DNA from: an uncultured virus (IMG/VR IMGVR_UViG_3300034520_000374)
Taxonomy: Duplodnaviria; Heunggongvirae; Uroviricota; Caudoviricetes
Direction: 5' to 3' (one strand)
Length of the DNA stretch: 64,000 nucleotides
IMG/VR virus record: IMGVR_UViG_3300034520_000374
Below, one piece after another: positions 9,602 through 19,188 of this stretch. The translations under genes were made by a program, and so were the position numbers. Position 1 is the stretch's first letter; the number at the start of each line of letters is the position of its first letter. Below the pieces are notes generated by a model. It had not been told where the DNA came from and did not search any database. It worked only from the letters and a program-made list of their open reading frames with translations.

Positions 9602-10744
9602 ATGAAGAAGTTAGTAAATGGCAGGATAGTAAATATAAACAACATAGAACTATTTGAGAAGGCTTTTGAGGGTGCAGCCCTGAGAAGGGCTGCCGTTAGC
9701 CTTGTTGGCGAGACTGTGCCGGACTCGCCGTTACTGAATGAGTGTATTAAGCATTACGAAGATACCTACAAGTCGTTACCATTCCCTTTGTATGCCATAG
9801 AGGACAATATAAAATATGCTGTAATAGGCATGAACATTAAAGATAGGATGGAACATCCTTTAAGGATGTGGGCAGACGGAGGGTTATATGTCAAGATAGC
9901 GGATAATAAGGCATTAAAGTTCGTAGGCAATACTTGGGGAGTTGTAACCATAACGAGGGAGCTTCCAGACAATACGGAAATAGCCTTATATGAGGGCGAG
10001 ATAGGGTATAAGGAGTTCCTTTGGGCTGTAAAGAAGCTTATGAGAGGTGAGTCTCTGCGCGATTTTTATCAGGTGTTTATGAGAGAGTTTTATGAAGCAT
10101 GCAATGGTGAGCCAATGCTATTGAAGTGGGAGTTGGCACACATACTAGATTTTGGGTATGTGCCTAAGCAGTTGAACCTTAAGGATAATAGGATTATTGA
10201 CCTTAATACTGGTTGCGAGTACTTCTTAGATATATTTTCAGCAGGGAAGAGGGAAGTTAGCGAAAACATTATAGTTATTAGAGTCGGTGGGGATAAGCCT
10301 GGCTACGACATCAAGAAAAAGACCGCCAATGTGTATGATTTTGAGGTATACGAAAAACAGGCAGGTTCTGAAGATATACTCAGTGAAAAGAATACAAGTA
10401 AGTTGAGGAAAGTCAGGATTGAAGGGGCAGGGGCGGTATTCCAAGCAATAGTAAAAGCTGCAACAGATTATGGAGATATTAACAATGTCATATACAGGGG
10501 ATTTATTGTAGATGACCTAATAATATTTGAGGTAGCTGACGTGGTGTACATCAGCACAGCAGGGAAATACAATAAGCCTCAGGAAATAGGACGCGGACTG
10601 AAACTGTATAGTTACGAGAACGGGCAGGTGTACATGATTAAAATGACATTGTGCAACGCAGAGCCAAAGGTTTACAAGGAAGTTATATACTCCTACAACA
10701 TTGTTAACGGCATCGTGAGGTTGTGTCGTATAGGCTTCGAATAA
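9602..10744 (+). CDS. Hypothetical protein
   Basis: Long ORF in the operon with no recognised motif. Confidence 0.75.
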   Translation: MKKLVNGRIVNINNIELFEKAFEGAALRRAAVSLVGETVPDSPLLNECIKHYEDTYKSLPFPLYAIEDNIKYAVIGMNIKDRMEHPLRMWADGGLYVKIADNKALKFVGNTWGVVTITRELPDNTEIALYEGEIGYKEFLWAVKKLMRGESLRDFYQVFMREFYEACNGEPMLLKWELAHILDFGYVPKQLNLKDNRIIDLNTGCEYFLDIFSAGKREVSENIIVIRVGGDKPGYDIKKKTANVYDFEVYEKQAGSEDILSEKNTSKLRKVRIEGAGAVFQAIVKAATDYGDINNVIYRGFIVDDLIIFEVADVVYISTAGKYNKPQEIGRGLKLYSYENGQVYMIKMTLCNAEPKVYKEVIYSYNIVNGIVRLCRIGFE

Positions 10745-10758
10745 AGGAGGTGGCAATT

Positions 10759-11811
10759 ATGCACAGTGCACCACTGTTTAAGCTCATTGAGGATAACATA
10801 GAAGATATCTTCGAGGAGCAGAGGTATAAGGAGTTTCTACAGAAGGTAGGTAGGTTTCACAATTACAGTTTTTACAACCAGCTATTAATTTTGATGCAAC
10901 GTCCAAATGCACTCAAGGTGGCTGGCTACAGGGCATGGCAGAAGATGGGCAGATACGTTAAGCGTGGTGAGAGGGGCATACACATACTAGCTCCAAGGCT
11001 TGCTAAAGTGTACATTGACGCAAAAGATGGGCATACACTCAAGAAAGGTGAGCTCAGCATATCAGAGCTCAAGAAGGCAATCGAAAGGAAAGAGGTGCTA
11101 GTAAAGAATAGACTTTACGGTTATATTGGCGTAACGGTGTTCGACATAAGCCAGACAGATGGCAAGCCAATACATGTAACAATTGACGGTTTGCAAGGGA
11201 CATATAAGGAGCTTGACAGGCTAATAAAAGTCGTGCAGAATGTTACCCAAGCAAAAGTAACGGTAACAGACACATTGGGCATGCTCGATGCGATGGGGTA
11301 CTTCAACCCAAGTACAAATGAGATAGTCGTAAGGAAGCTCTCGGATGTGCAGATAGCTAAAACGCTAATACATGAGGCTGGTCATAATTTAGCAAAAAGG
11401 CTCAGGAGTACACTTGAGTTTTATGAAGGAGAATACGGAGGTTGGAAAAAAGAAGGAGCAGAAATGCTTAATCTTACCTACGATGATGAGGAAGTAGTCG
11501 TTGAGAGTGCAGCCTACATCGTAATGAGCCAATTGGGCATAGACACAAGCGATTACAGTTTTACCTATATTCGTAACTGGGCGACGGCTAAAAGGTCCGC
11601 TGAGGATGGCAAGAAAGCATTACAATCAATGTTCAGTATCATAGCCAAGATAGCCGATAAATTGTTAACAGCCATAGAGAATGAATTTAACATCCAGATT
11701 GATGCACCTGAAGAACAAAACACTGAGACAGTTCAAGAGGAAGAAGCCGCAGATTTAATACCTATTGTGGAGGCTAATGAGGTACACCAGAGGGTAAAAC
11801 AAGCCATGTGA
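10759..11811 (+). CDS. ardC: ArdC-family ssDNA-binding/antirestriction protein with zincin-like domain
   Basis: FHNYSFYNQLLI..QRP.A..VAGYRAWQKMGRYVKRGE.G, VFDISQT, HEAGH and E.VVES.AY.V...GID..YSF.YI..W motifs. Confidence 0.85.
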   Translation: MHSAPLFKLIEDNIEDIFEEQRYKEFLQKVGRFHNYSFYNQLLILMQRPNALKVAGYRAWQKMGRYVKRGERGIHILAPRLAKVYIDAKDGHTLKKGELSISELKKAIERKEVLVKNRLYGYIGVTVFDISQTDGKPIHVTIDGLQGTYKELDRLIKVVQNVTQAKVTVTDTLGMLDAMGYFNPSTNEIVVRKLSDVQIAKTLIHEAGHNLAKRLRSTLEFYEGEYGGWKKEGAEMLNLTYDDEEVVVESAAYIVMSQLGIDTSDYSFTYIRNWATAKRSAEDGKKALQSMFSIIAKIADKLLTAIENEFNIQIDAPEEQNTETVQEEEAADLIPIVEANEVHQRVKQAM

Positions 11812-11912
11812 GTCCAAAAGGACAAGTTGATAAACCTGTATGTAGCGTCAGTAATTAAATGAGGGTAACATTGGGTTATTTCAATACTACCTTAAACACG
11901 ACATTAAAATAA

Positions 11913-11922
11913 ATATAGTGTA
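11913..11922 (+). promoter_or_regulatory. ATATAGTGTA upstream motif, copy 2
   Basis: Identical 10-mer, just upstream of the RBS. Confidence 0.45.
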
Positions 11923-11945
11923 GATAAAAGGGGTTGAAAGTCGCT

Positions 11946-12569
11946 ATGGGAGACGACTTCAATATTGATAAGGGTGTAAATGTGGATGAAGTAATAAACT
12001 TCGAGGACGAAGAAGTATTACAAGAACCTCTTGAAGTGAATAAAGGCGACTACAAGAGGACAGCAATAATAACCGCTGTAATAGGCTTTATAATAGTTGT
12101 AGTAGCATTCGGAGTAACGAATTTTATCGGAAGTAGGTCACATAAGGTGCAGGAGGCACCTGCGAAAATAGAAGAACAATCAGGAGGTGGTGGTAGTGCT
12201 TATGTACAAAAGGCCGAGCCAGGAGGATTGCAGGTTAATCAGGAAAATCCGGTGGCCGGTCAGGCAGAAAGTGCCTTAACAACACAATGGGAAGAAATTT
12301 CGACGGATAGCGGAGTTGATTTCAACAAAGAGCTTAAAGGCACTTTTACAGTTACCAGCATTAGGCACTACGCGAAAGTTGCGGTATCGAATAAAGAGGT
12401 TGTTTTGAAAAGCGTAGTAACAGGAAGTATAAGCGGATTGAGTGGTACCTATGAAATAGAACTACCGTACACAAAGGCACGGTATCTAAAAATAGGCGAC
12501 ACTTTTGAAGTAAAATATCAGTGTGGTATTAAAGAAGGAGTGATGTTTATAGGGGAGATTAAGTATTGA
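11946..12569 (+). CDS. Single-pass membrane protein
   Basis: TM segment AIITAVIGFIIVVVAFGV and a beta-rich C-terminal domain. Confidence 0.75.
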   Translation: MGDDFNIDKGVNVDEVINFEDEEVLQEPLEVNKGDYKRTAIITAVIGFIIVVVAFGVTNFIGSRSHKVQEAPAKIEEQSGGGGSAYVQKAEPGGLQVNQENPVAGQAESALTTQWEEISTDSGVDFNKELKGTFTVTSIRHYAKVAVSNKEVVLKSVVTGSISGLSGTYEIELPYTKARYLKIGDTFEVKYQCGIKEGVMFIGEIKY

Positions 12570-12605
12570 GGGCGAAAAAAATTTGAGTTTTTACTGTGAA
12601 GGGTA

Positions 12606-12634
12606 TTGCACTTCCAGAGTAGGGGCGTTATAAT
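12606..12634 (+). promoter_or_regulatory. Sigma-A type promoter
   Basis: TTGCAC (12606-12611), 17-nt spacer, TATAAT (12629-12634), with an AT-rich tract upstream. Confidence 0.8.
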
Positions 12635-12695
12635 TAGGGTAGTAAGGGTGAAAAACCCTGCTATAAAAAATAAGATTTAAGGAGGTTTACGCACG

Positions 12696-13514
12696 ATGGA
12701 AGATTTTAGCAGATTGGATGCGGTTGAGGAAGTTGGTGGAGAAGTAAAGGCTAAGGGCGGAGAGAAAGCTGAAATGAAACAGCTTATGGAACTCTTCCGC
12801 CAGACGGTGGCCGAAGACCCCACAATTATGCAGAGGCTGAACAGCCTGTCCGACAAGGTCGTAGTCGTTAATACGCTCGGCTTTGGTGAGGGCGGGAGCC
12901 TGATTCAGAAGGAGCTTGCTCCTGGCGAAGAAGTCAAGTACGATGAGAACGGCAAGCCGATTAGGGAGCTTGTCCCGACTGCGAAGATTGTTGGTTATGC
13001 CATTCAGAACGTTGGCGACACGCCTATCAACTACGTGACCGAGGAGTTCGTGAAGAACGAACAGGGTATCTTCGTCGGTCAGAAAGTTGAGAAGGTGCTT
13101 GCTCCTGGTGAAAAGACAGCTCTGTCTCGTAAGTACATGACAATTTTCTGCTCCAGACCTGAGATTGCTTTCACTCTCAAGAACGGTAAGATTGTTCGTA
13201 AGCGCCAGAAACAGGGCGAGAAAGCTAAATCTCTCGATGAATACCTTGAATCCCATTACTTCGTATTTAACGACCCGAACCTCAAGGTCAACAGCGATGC
13301 CGTTAAGATTAACATCGGTATCAAGAAGAAGGCTGCTGACGGTACGGTTAAATGGGTCGTTAAACCCGAGTTCGAGAAGACCTTCGGTTATCTCAACAAT
13401 CCGAAGACCGCTGGCACCAAAGGCAGAGCCAAGGCTGCTGGCACCAAGGTTACTCCTCAGCAGTTGGCTGCTAACTACATTAACAAGCTGCTTCAAGAGT
13501 CCGGAGTCATTTAA
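12696..13514 (+). CDS. Lys-rich protein of unknown function, probably highly expressed
   Basis: TAAGGAGG RBS. No ATA, TTA, CTA or TCA codons. Has its own promoter and two downstream hairpins. Confidence 0.9.
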   Translation: MEDFSRLDAVEEVGGEVKAKGGEKAEMKQLMELFRQTVAEDPTIMQRLNSLSDKVVVVNTLGFGEGGSLIQKELAPGEEVKYDENGKPIRELVPTAKIVGYAIQNVGDTPINYVTEEFVKNEQGIFVGQKVEKVLAPGEKTALSRKYMTIFCSRPEIAFTLKNGKIVRKRQKQGEKAKSLDEYLESHYFVFNDPNLKVNSDAVKINIGIKKKAADGTVKWVVKPEFEKTFGYLNNPKTAGTKGRAKAAGTKVTPQQLAANYINKLLQESGVI

Positions 13515-13538
13515 CCTGGCGGCTTGAAGTAGGCTGGC

Positions 13539-13567
13539 AGACGAGCGGTGCTTAGCACCGCTCGTCT
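13539..13567 (+). terminator. GC-rich hairpin (3' stabiliser or terminator)
   Basis: AGACGAGCGGTGC-TTA-GCACCGCTCGTCT. Confidence 0.65.
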
Positions 13568-13588
13568 TGAGAACAAACCCCCTTTACG

Positions 13589-13628
13589 AAAATCCCCTTA
13601 GCTGAACGGCTAAGGGGATTTTTATTTT
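13589..13628 (+). terminator. Intrinsic terminator
   Basis: AAAATCCCCTTAGC-TGAACG-GCTAAGGGGATTTT followed by TATTTT. Confidence 0.9.
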
Positions 13629-13689
13629 GGCGTTGTGAGGTGACATATAAGGATTATAAACAAAAAAGGAAAGGGGTAGGTGTTGCAGT

Positions 13690-14124
13690 ATGCTGGCGAA
13701 CTTCCTGGCATTATTTAATGGTTTGGACATCAAATATGTTTATATGGCTGTAGGGATATTGATTTTGGCAGGTGCGATTTCCTTTATTAAGCGTGCTGTT
13801 AAGCTTGGTGCAACAATAATTATACTTGCACTACTCTTGAGTTATGGCGGAAACTACGTGCATGATTTTCAGCAGAAGTACAACATACATATAACGAAAG
13901 ACACAGTGTCTATGCGTGTGGACGGTAAGGATTATAGCATTAGCCTTAATAACATTGAGCGTGTTGAGTATACAATGGCCGGTGCAGGTGTATTCAACGT
14001 CAGTGTATATTATAAGAATAATACGGGCAAGACTAGCAAGGCAACATTTAAGGTACCAACCTACATGCTGGAGGTAATCAAGCAACAGGCAGAAAAGTTA
14101 GGGGTCAAGGCTGTGGAGAAGTAA
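13690..14124 (+). CDS. Membrane protein (two N-terminal TM helices)
   Basis: Hydrophobic N-terminal segments followed by a small beta domain. Confidence 0.75.
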   Translation: MLANFLALFNGLDIKYVYMAVGILILAGAISFIKRAVKLGATIIILALLLSYGGNYVHDFQQKYNIHITKDTVSMRVDGKDYSISLNNIERVEYTMAGAGVFNVSVYYKNNTGKTSKATFKVPTYMLEVIKQQAEKLGVKAVEK

Positions 14125-14154
14125 AAACAGTAAATGTAATAGGGGGTCGTAAGA

Positions 14155-15555
14155 GTGGCGGATATAGCTTTTCATAGGAAGTATAGACCTTTGACAATAA
14201 ATGAATACATCGGGGACAGCATGAGGAGCATCCTTCTAAACAGGTTCTCAGATGAGGATAAACTTCCTCAGACGATTCTCCTCTATGGCATGAGAGGTTG
14301 CGGTAAGACTTCAGCAGCTCGTTTAATTGCGAAAGAATATTTATGTTTGAACAAGGTGGATGGGCATGCCTGCGGTCAATGCGAAATGTGCCGTGAGGTG
14401 GAAGACAAATTAATAAAGGGTGAGGCAGGCGTAGAGGCCTTCGGTGTCCAGGAGCTAGACATCGCATCCGAAAGCGGTAAGGCTGCCATCGACAGCGTTC
14501 TCGAAGAAGCATTGATTGAGCCTCTTCCTCCACTTAAGTATAAAATCCTAATCCTTGACGAGTGTCATATGGCTACAAAGCAGGCTCAGAATAGACTTTT
14601 GAAAATAGTAGAGGAGCCTCCAAAGCATCTGGTGTTCATATTTTGCACAACTGACCCAGAGCAGTTGCTTGATACATTAAAAAGCAGGTGCCAACTTAAG
14701 ATAGAAGTTAAAAAGCCATCAGTAGAAGACCTCGCTCAGAGGCTTCTACAAGTCTGTCAAAGTGAGGGCATTACAACTTCATTGGCGGCACTCAGAATTA
14801 TAGCCAAAAAGGCGGATAGAATTCCAAGGGAAGCTCTAAACATACTAGAAAGCATAGCAAAAGAGTTTAACGGTGTAGTCACCATCGAGAACGTAAGGAA
14901 GAGGACGGGAGAAATTGCTTCGGAGATATACGCCGAGTATTATTCGGCAGCCAATAAGTCTTTGGAGGACATAATACTATTTGTAAAAAAGCTTAAGGAT
15001 GGTAATGTAGCACTGAAGGACTTTATCAGAGGGCTTACAAGGTTTACTCTGGACAGCATATATATTCGTTATGGCATAAATATAGATGAATATCCAGCAG
15101 ATTATGTCAAGGCTGTGAAGGAAGTTTTCAAGGTATATACGGCTGATGAGCTAGACTTTATACTACAGATTATTGAGCATGCAAATAAATTAATCGACAG
15201 TGATGAAACTAAGTCGGAGCTTGTGGTTGTAACTACAGCTATGAGGCTTGGCAAGGTAAAAATGCTTGAGGGAGGCCTAATAGACGCATTAGAGGCTGCC
15301 GAGAAGGAAAACAGAAAATCGTTAGAGAGGTACAGGAACATTGTAAATCAGGAGAGACTAGAGAGTAGAAGAACTATCAAGAAAGAGGTGGATAGTGCAT
15401 TACTATTATCGGTGTTCGGCGAGCAGGTGATAGAAGTAAAGCCCGACAAGGATATTGAGCTACTTAAGAAAAATGAGTCTAAACCTGAGGTTGAAGATGC
15501 AGGCATGTTGTCGGATGAGGAGTTATTAGCTAAGTTCAATATAGGTAAATTATGA
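14155..15555 (+). CDS. dnaX: DNA polymerase III gamma/tau clamp-loader subunit
   Basis: RKYRP, GMRGCGKT, ACGQCEMC zinc motif, DECH, LLKIVEEPP and SRC motifs. Confidence 0.93.
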   Translation: MADIAFHRKYRPLTINEYIGDSMRSILLNRFSDEDKLPQTILLYGMRGCGKTSAARLIAKEYLCLNKVDGHACGQCEMCREVEDKLIKGEAGVEAFGVQELDIASESGKAAIDSVLEEALIEPLPPLKYKILILDECHMATKQAQNRLLKIVEEPPKHLVFIFCTTDPEQLLDTLKSRCQLKIEVKKPSVEDLAQRLLQVCQSEGITTSLAALRIIAKKADRIPREALNILESIAKEFNGVVTIENVRKRTGEIASEIYAEYYSAANKSLEDIILFVKKLKDGNVALKDFIRGLTRFTLDSIYIRYGINIDEYPADYVKAVKEVFKVYTADELDFILQIIEHANKLIDSDETKSELVVVTTAMRLGKVKMLEGGLIDALEAAEKENRKSLERYRNIVNQERLESRRTIKKEVDSALLLSVFGEQVIEVKPDKDIELLKKNESKPEVEDAGMLSDEELLAKFNIGKL

Positions 15556-15591
15556 GACATGCAATATACAGGTTACATATATTTACTACAC

Positions 15592-15619
15592 AAATGCCCA
15601 TTTCAAAGGGCATTTTTTT
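15592..15619 (+). terminator. Intrinsic terminator
   Basis: AAATGCCC-ATTTCAAA-GGGCATTTTTTT. Confidence 0.8.
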
Positions 15620-15685
15620 GTACGTGTAAATCAATAAAAGACAAAGCGAAAGATATTTTTATTTGTAAAAAGGAGGTACTCGACA

Positions 15686-16558
15686 ATGAGAAAGCTCGTA
15701 GCGATTGTCTTATTGGGATTGATGGTGGCATGCTTGGTAGCAGTGCCAGCATTTGCGGAAGGAGAGGACAAGGCAACAAAGACCCTTGAAGAAGTAGTCA
15801 ACAAAAATGCACAGGAGGTGCAGTCTCAGACACAGCAAACGACACAACAGCCAGGTCAGCCGGCAACAAATACAGGCAATACTACCCAGAAGAACAGCAT
15901 AGATAGCGGTAAGGATATTATAAAGGACCTTGGTAAAGTTACCGATATGACTGAAAAGATGCCTGAGGTGGAGAAAGCTGGTAACGGAATAAAGCGTATA
16001 GTAACAATACTGGTGCAGATTATATCTTATGTTATTACCTTTGGACTAGCTTTAAAGGTTGCACTAGACTTAATGTTTATCGGACTACCATTCACGAGAG
16101 GGCTTTTAGCTAATGGGTACACTGGAAATCCGCAGGCTGGCGCTGGTGGTATGCCAACCCCTAGTGGAATGACTCCTGGAATGGGTGTGGGCATGGGCAT
16201 GCCTGGTATGGGTTACGGTGGATACGGAGGTTACGGATACCACAGGCCATTTGGTTTTTCACCTTTTGGAGCTGGTGGAATGACGAATCCTGCAATGCAA
16301 GGCTCAGGGTTTTTTGGCAGAATACAGTGGGTTTCTAACGCGGCATTAAATGCTGTAGCAGCGGAAACTACAATAGGTCCTGACGGTAGGCCGGTCAGTC
16401 CTCTAAAAGTATATGCAAAGGACATGATGATTGTGCTCGTATTGACTCCTATACTGCTCGTGTTAGCAGTAACTGGAGTATTAACACAGCTAGGGTTTAT
16501 GCTTGGTGAGCTTATATCTAATGCTCTCAGGAGCTTCGGAGGTAGTTTAGGTGCTTAA
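15686..16558 (+). CDS. Membrane protein, paralog family member 1 (pilin-like?)
   Basis: Signal peptide (VPAFA), two hydrophobic blocks, ALDLMFIGLPFTR and WVSNAALNAV motifs, and a Gly/Met-rich insert. Confidence 0.75.
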   Translation: MRKLVAIVLLGLMVACLVAVPAFAEGEDKATKTLEEVVNKNAQEVQSQTQQTTQQPGQPATNTGNTTQKNSIDSGKDIIKDLGKVTDMTEKMPEVEKAGNGIKRIVTILVQIISYVITFGLALKVALDLMFIGLPFTRGLLANGYTGNPQAGAGGMPTPSGMTPGMGVGMGMPGMGYGGYGGYGYHRPFGFSPFGAGGMTNPAMQGSGFFGRIQWVSNAALNAVAAETTIGPDGRPVSPLKVYAKDMMIVLVLTPILLVLAVTGVLTQLGFMLGELISNALRSFGGSLGA

Positions 16559-16856
16559 GTCAATAGAGGCATTGCGAAAGAAAAATGTTATTGAGCATAA
16601 GTATAATCTTAAAAGGCGTGAGGAGTTAAGCACGCTTAGGATTGAGTCGGCTTACAGGGCAAAGCTATACGATGAGATAAAAGTCATTGAGCTGTTGCTC
16701 AATGACGATAATGTAAAGTCGGTAGTCATTGAGGTGCCAAAGCAGCACATAACAAAGTTCTTAAGGGCAATATATGGTGAAGAATTCATGCAGTACAATA
16801 TAACGCAACTCGATGAATACACCTTCGAAATAGGTAGAAAGATTGTCAACTTCTAA
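16551..16856 (+). CDS. Hypothetical protein
   Basis: GGAGG RBS. Overlaps the end of the previous gene. Confidence 0.75.
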   Translation: MLKSIEALRKKNVIEHKYNLKRREELSTLRIESAYRAKLYDEIKVIELLLNDDNVKSVVIEVPKQHITKFLRAIYGEEFMQYNITQLDEYTFEIGRKIVNF

Positions 16857-16876
16857 TACGGGAGGTGGTACATGAC

Positions 16877-17221
16877 ATGAAAAGCATGACTGTCCAAGAA
16901 AGAATCGACGACATAGTAAGGAGAAGCGGTTTCAGTGAGGAGATAGTGCGTCGTGTATTAAACGCGGAGAGGGAAAGCATATTAGAGTCATTAAAGCATG
17001 GTGAGAGGGCAACACTCATAGGGAGATGTACAATAGTACCAGAGTTGAGAAAGTCACTAGACATCGGGGGTAAAATAAAGACAGTTATAAAGCTTAAAGC
17101 CTCACCAAGTTACTCTCTTGAGTCAGAGCTTGCTGGATTAGAAAGGTTTATCAAAGGAGACACGGGCGATGACGATAATGATGAGGGGGTAATGTTAAGG
17201 CAATTACCAGGTTTGGTGTAG
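16877..17221 (+). CDS. HU/IHF-like DNA-binding protein
   Basis: I.DI.RRSG.S.E.V.RVL.A..ESI.ESL..GE...L.G.....pattern of HU helices followed by the beta arm. Confidence 0.65.
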   Translation: MKSMTVQERIDDIVRRSGFSEEIVRRVLNAERESILESLKHGERATLIGRCTIVPELRKSLDIGGKIKTVIKLKASPSYSLESELAGLERFIKGDTGDDDNDEGVMLRQLPGLV

Positions 17222-17233
17222 GGGGCATAGTAG

Positions 17234-17866
17234 ATGCTGTATGTTACACATAAGAGGTTCGCTATATTTTGGGCTTTGCTCGGTGTCATGTATCTGTATT
17301 ATAAAGGCATGACAGAGATAAATTATTACTTAGCATTAATGCTTGTGGTGCCTTTTTCTAAAGTTGGAGCAGTGTTTCCTGACCTTGACCATGATTGGGA
17401 GAACGTGAAATTCAAAAACATACTTACTTGGGTAGTTAACAAGCTTATACATCTTACTGGTGGAAGGCACAGGAGTTGGCAGACACACAGCATAGATATA
17501 GCTGTTATTTGCACAATATTATCAGTGTACTTACCTGAAAAGCTGTACACTTTGGGTAAGGTATCACAGGTGAACAGAGAGGTTTTGAGCATTGTAATGA
17601 TTGGTTTCTCGCTTGGGTGGCTGAGTCACATATTTTCAGATATGCTAACTACAGGTAAAGTTAAATTACTATGCTTTGCGAACTGGCATGTAGGTTTTGT
17701 GCCAAGAAGATTTCTTGGACTCCAGTTCAAGACAGGAGGGCAATGGGAATGGTTTGTTAGCTCAGTCACGGATAAAATAAACGTGATAATAACAATAGTG
17801 GCATTGGCATTCCCAGCTCTCTTAAAGTACAATGTCTTGGGCTTAATCTTAAAGATTAAGGGGTGA
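17234..17866 (+). CDS. Membrane-bound metal-dependent hydrolase (YdjM/DUF457-like)
   Basis: TH, GAVFPDLDH, HRSWQTHS and GWLSHIFSDMLT motifs. Confidence 0.85.
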   Translation: MLYVTHKRFAIFWALLGVMYLYYKGMTEINYYLALMLVVPFSKVGAVFPDLDHDWENVKFKNILTWVVNKLIHLTGGRHRSWQTHSIDIAVICTILSVYLPEKLYTLGKVSQVNREVLSIVMIGFSLGWLSHIFSDMLTTGKVKLLCFANWHVGFVPRRFLGLQFKTGGQWEWFVSSVTDKINVIITIVALAFPALLKYNVLGLILKIKG

Positions 17867-17873
17867 TGTAATC

Positions 17874-18704
17874 GTGAAGAGGTTTCTAACAGCGTACGTA
17901 GTAGCTGTATTGCTGACCGTGCTTGTGTTCCCTATTATTGCTTTCGCAGCTGATGGTGATAACATATTCGAGAATAGCTACAGTGAAGATAACACTAACG
18001 CATACTTATCGGAGATATGTAAGGTAGATAAGTCAAAAGGAGCAATTATCCTCGATAAAAGAATAGAGGCCATCGTGAAAGAGTCAGATAGGTCCAATGC
18101 ACCAAAAACCAAGCATTTGACAATTACCAAAGATGGCATTAGCTACACCAAGGATGTAACCGATGATGCTTATAGGGAGCTTGTGACACTCGGCAGAGAT
18201 GTATACGACAGAATGAAGGTTAAACAACGCATAGAGGAAATGGGTAGTAGTGTGAATGTAGAGGCTGATACCGGTAGAGCTTCTGTGATGCTATCCGGGC
18301 TGCAGCCACTCATAAGTTTAATAGTAGGTATTCTAGCATACCTTGTTGTTCTTGGCATGACTTTATTTACGGCTATGGATATTTGTTTCATTACAATGCC
18401 TGTGTTCAGGAACAGGGTAGAAGAAATGAAGCAGTCGGGTAATGCAGCAATGGTTAAGTACGGCAAGGATGGAGAACCAAAATTACGTTGGGTCAGTGAT
18501 GAGGCACAGTATGCAGTAATTACATGCACAGTAGACTCAGGGAGGAACCCATTAACAGTTTACCTGCAAAAGAGAATATGGGCACACATCATGGTAGCTA
18601 TAGTCATTTACATCCTGCTTACCGGTAACATCCAAATGATAGTTAATATAGCAATTAACTTCGTCAGCGGCATACTTGATATACTCAGCGACCTTGGACG
18701 CTAA
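17874..18704 (+). CDS. Membrane protein, paralog family member 2
   Basis: Signal peptide (IAFA), AMDICFITMPVFR, WVSDEAQYAV and GRNPLTVYL motifs. Confidence 0.75.
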   Translation: MKRFLTAYVVAVLLTVLVFPIIAFAADGDNIFENSYSEDNTNAYLSEICKVDKSKGAIILDKRIEAIVKESDRSNAPKTKHLTITKDGISYTKDVTDDAYRELVTLGRDVYDRMKVKQRIEEMGSSVNVEADTGRASVMLSGLQPLISLIVGILAYLVVLGMTLFTAMDICFITMPVFRNRVEEMKQSGNAAMVKYGKDGEPKLRWVSDEAQYAVITCTVDSGRNPLTVYLQKRIWAHIMVAIVIYILLTGNIQMIVNIAINFVSGILDILSDLGR

Positions 18705-18729
18705 AAGAGAAGCGGGGTAGGTGTTATGA

Positions 18730-19188
18730 ATGAATCCTACAGATATAAAGGAGGGCATTGCAGAGCAGCTGAATGTTCCTTATGGGATAGACTTTGCAAA
18801 ACTGGGAGAAATACAATACTTAGTAGATACAGTAGCATCCGTAATCCTTGGTGTGATTGCCTATTCAATAGTAGCCCTGCTTACAATAGTCACCGCTATA
18901 GACATTGCATACATTACTCTGCCAGCGTTCAGGGAAAGAGTACAGGCACTTAAATGGGATGGGTCTAAGCATTTTTACTTAAGGGCGGTATCCAGAGATG
19001 CCATCCTGGCTGTTGAGGAGGCAGTTCTTTCGGACTCAGGTAAATCAGCAATATCAATTTACCTTTGGAGAAGATTGAAGACATATATGATTAGTGTGAC
19101 AATACTATTTATAATAGTTGGCGGTGGGGTGTTCATAAAGAACTTTATTGTAAATGTGATTGTTACCATTTTAAGGGCATTCATGTAG
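18730..19188 (+). CDS. Membrane protein, paralog family member 3
   Basis: AIDIAYITLPAFR, AVSRDAILAV and GKSAISIYL motifs. Confidence 0.75.
   Translation: MNPTDIKEGIAEQLNVPYGIDFAKLGEIQYLVDTVASVILGVIAYSIVALLTIVTAIDIAYITLPAFRERVQALKWDGSKHFYLRAVSRDAILAVEEAVLSDSGKSAISIYLWRRLKTYMISVTILFIIVGGGVFIKNFIVNVIVTILRAFM

Noticed and set aside
12687..13496. 269-aa antisense ORF
   Set aside because: It mirrors gene 12696, which lacks TTA, CTA and TCA codons and so has no stops on the reverse strand in that frame.
15559..15789. 76-aa + strand ORF
   Set aside because: It runs through a terminator and overlaps the RBS-bearing gene 15686 out of frame.
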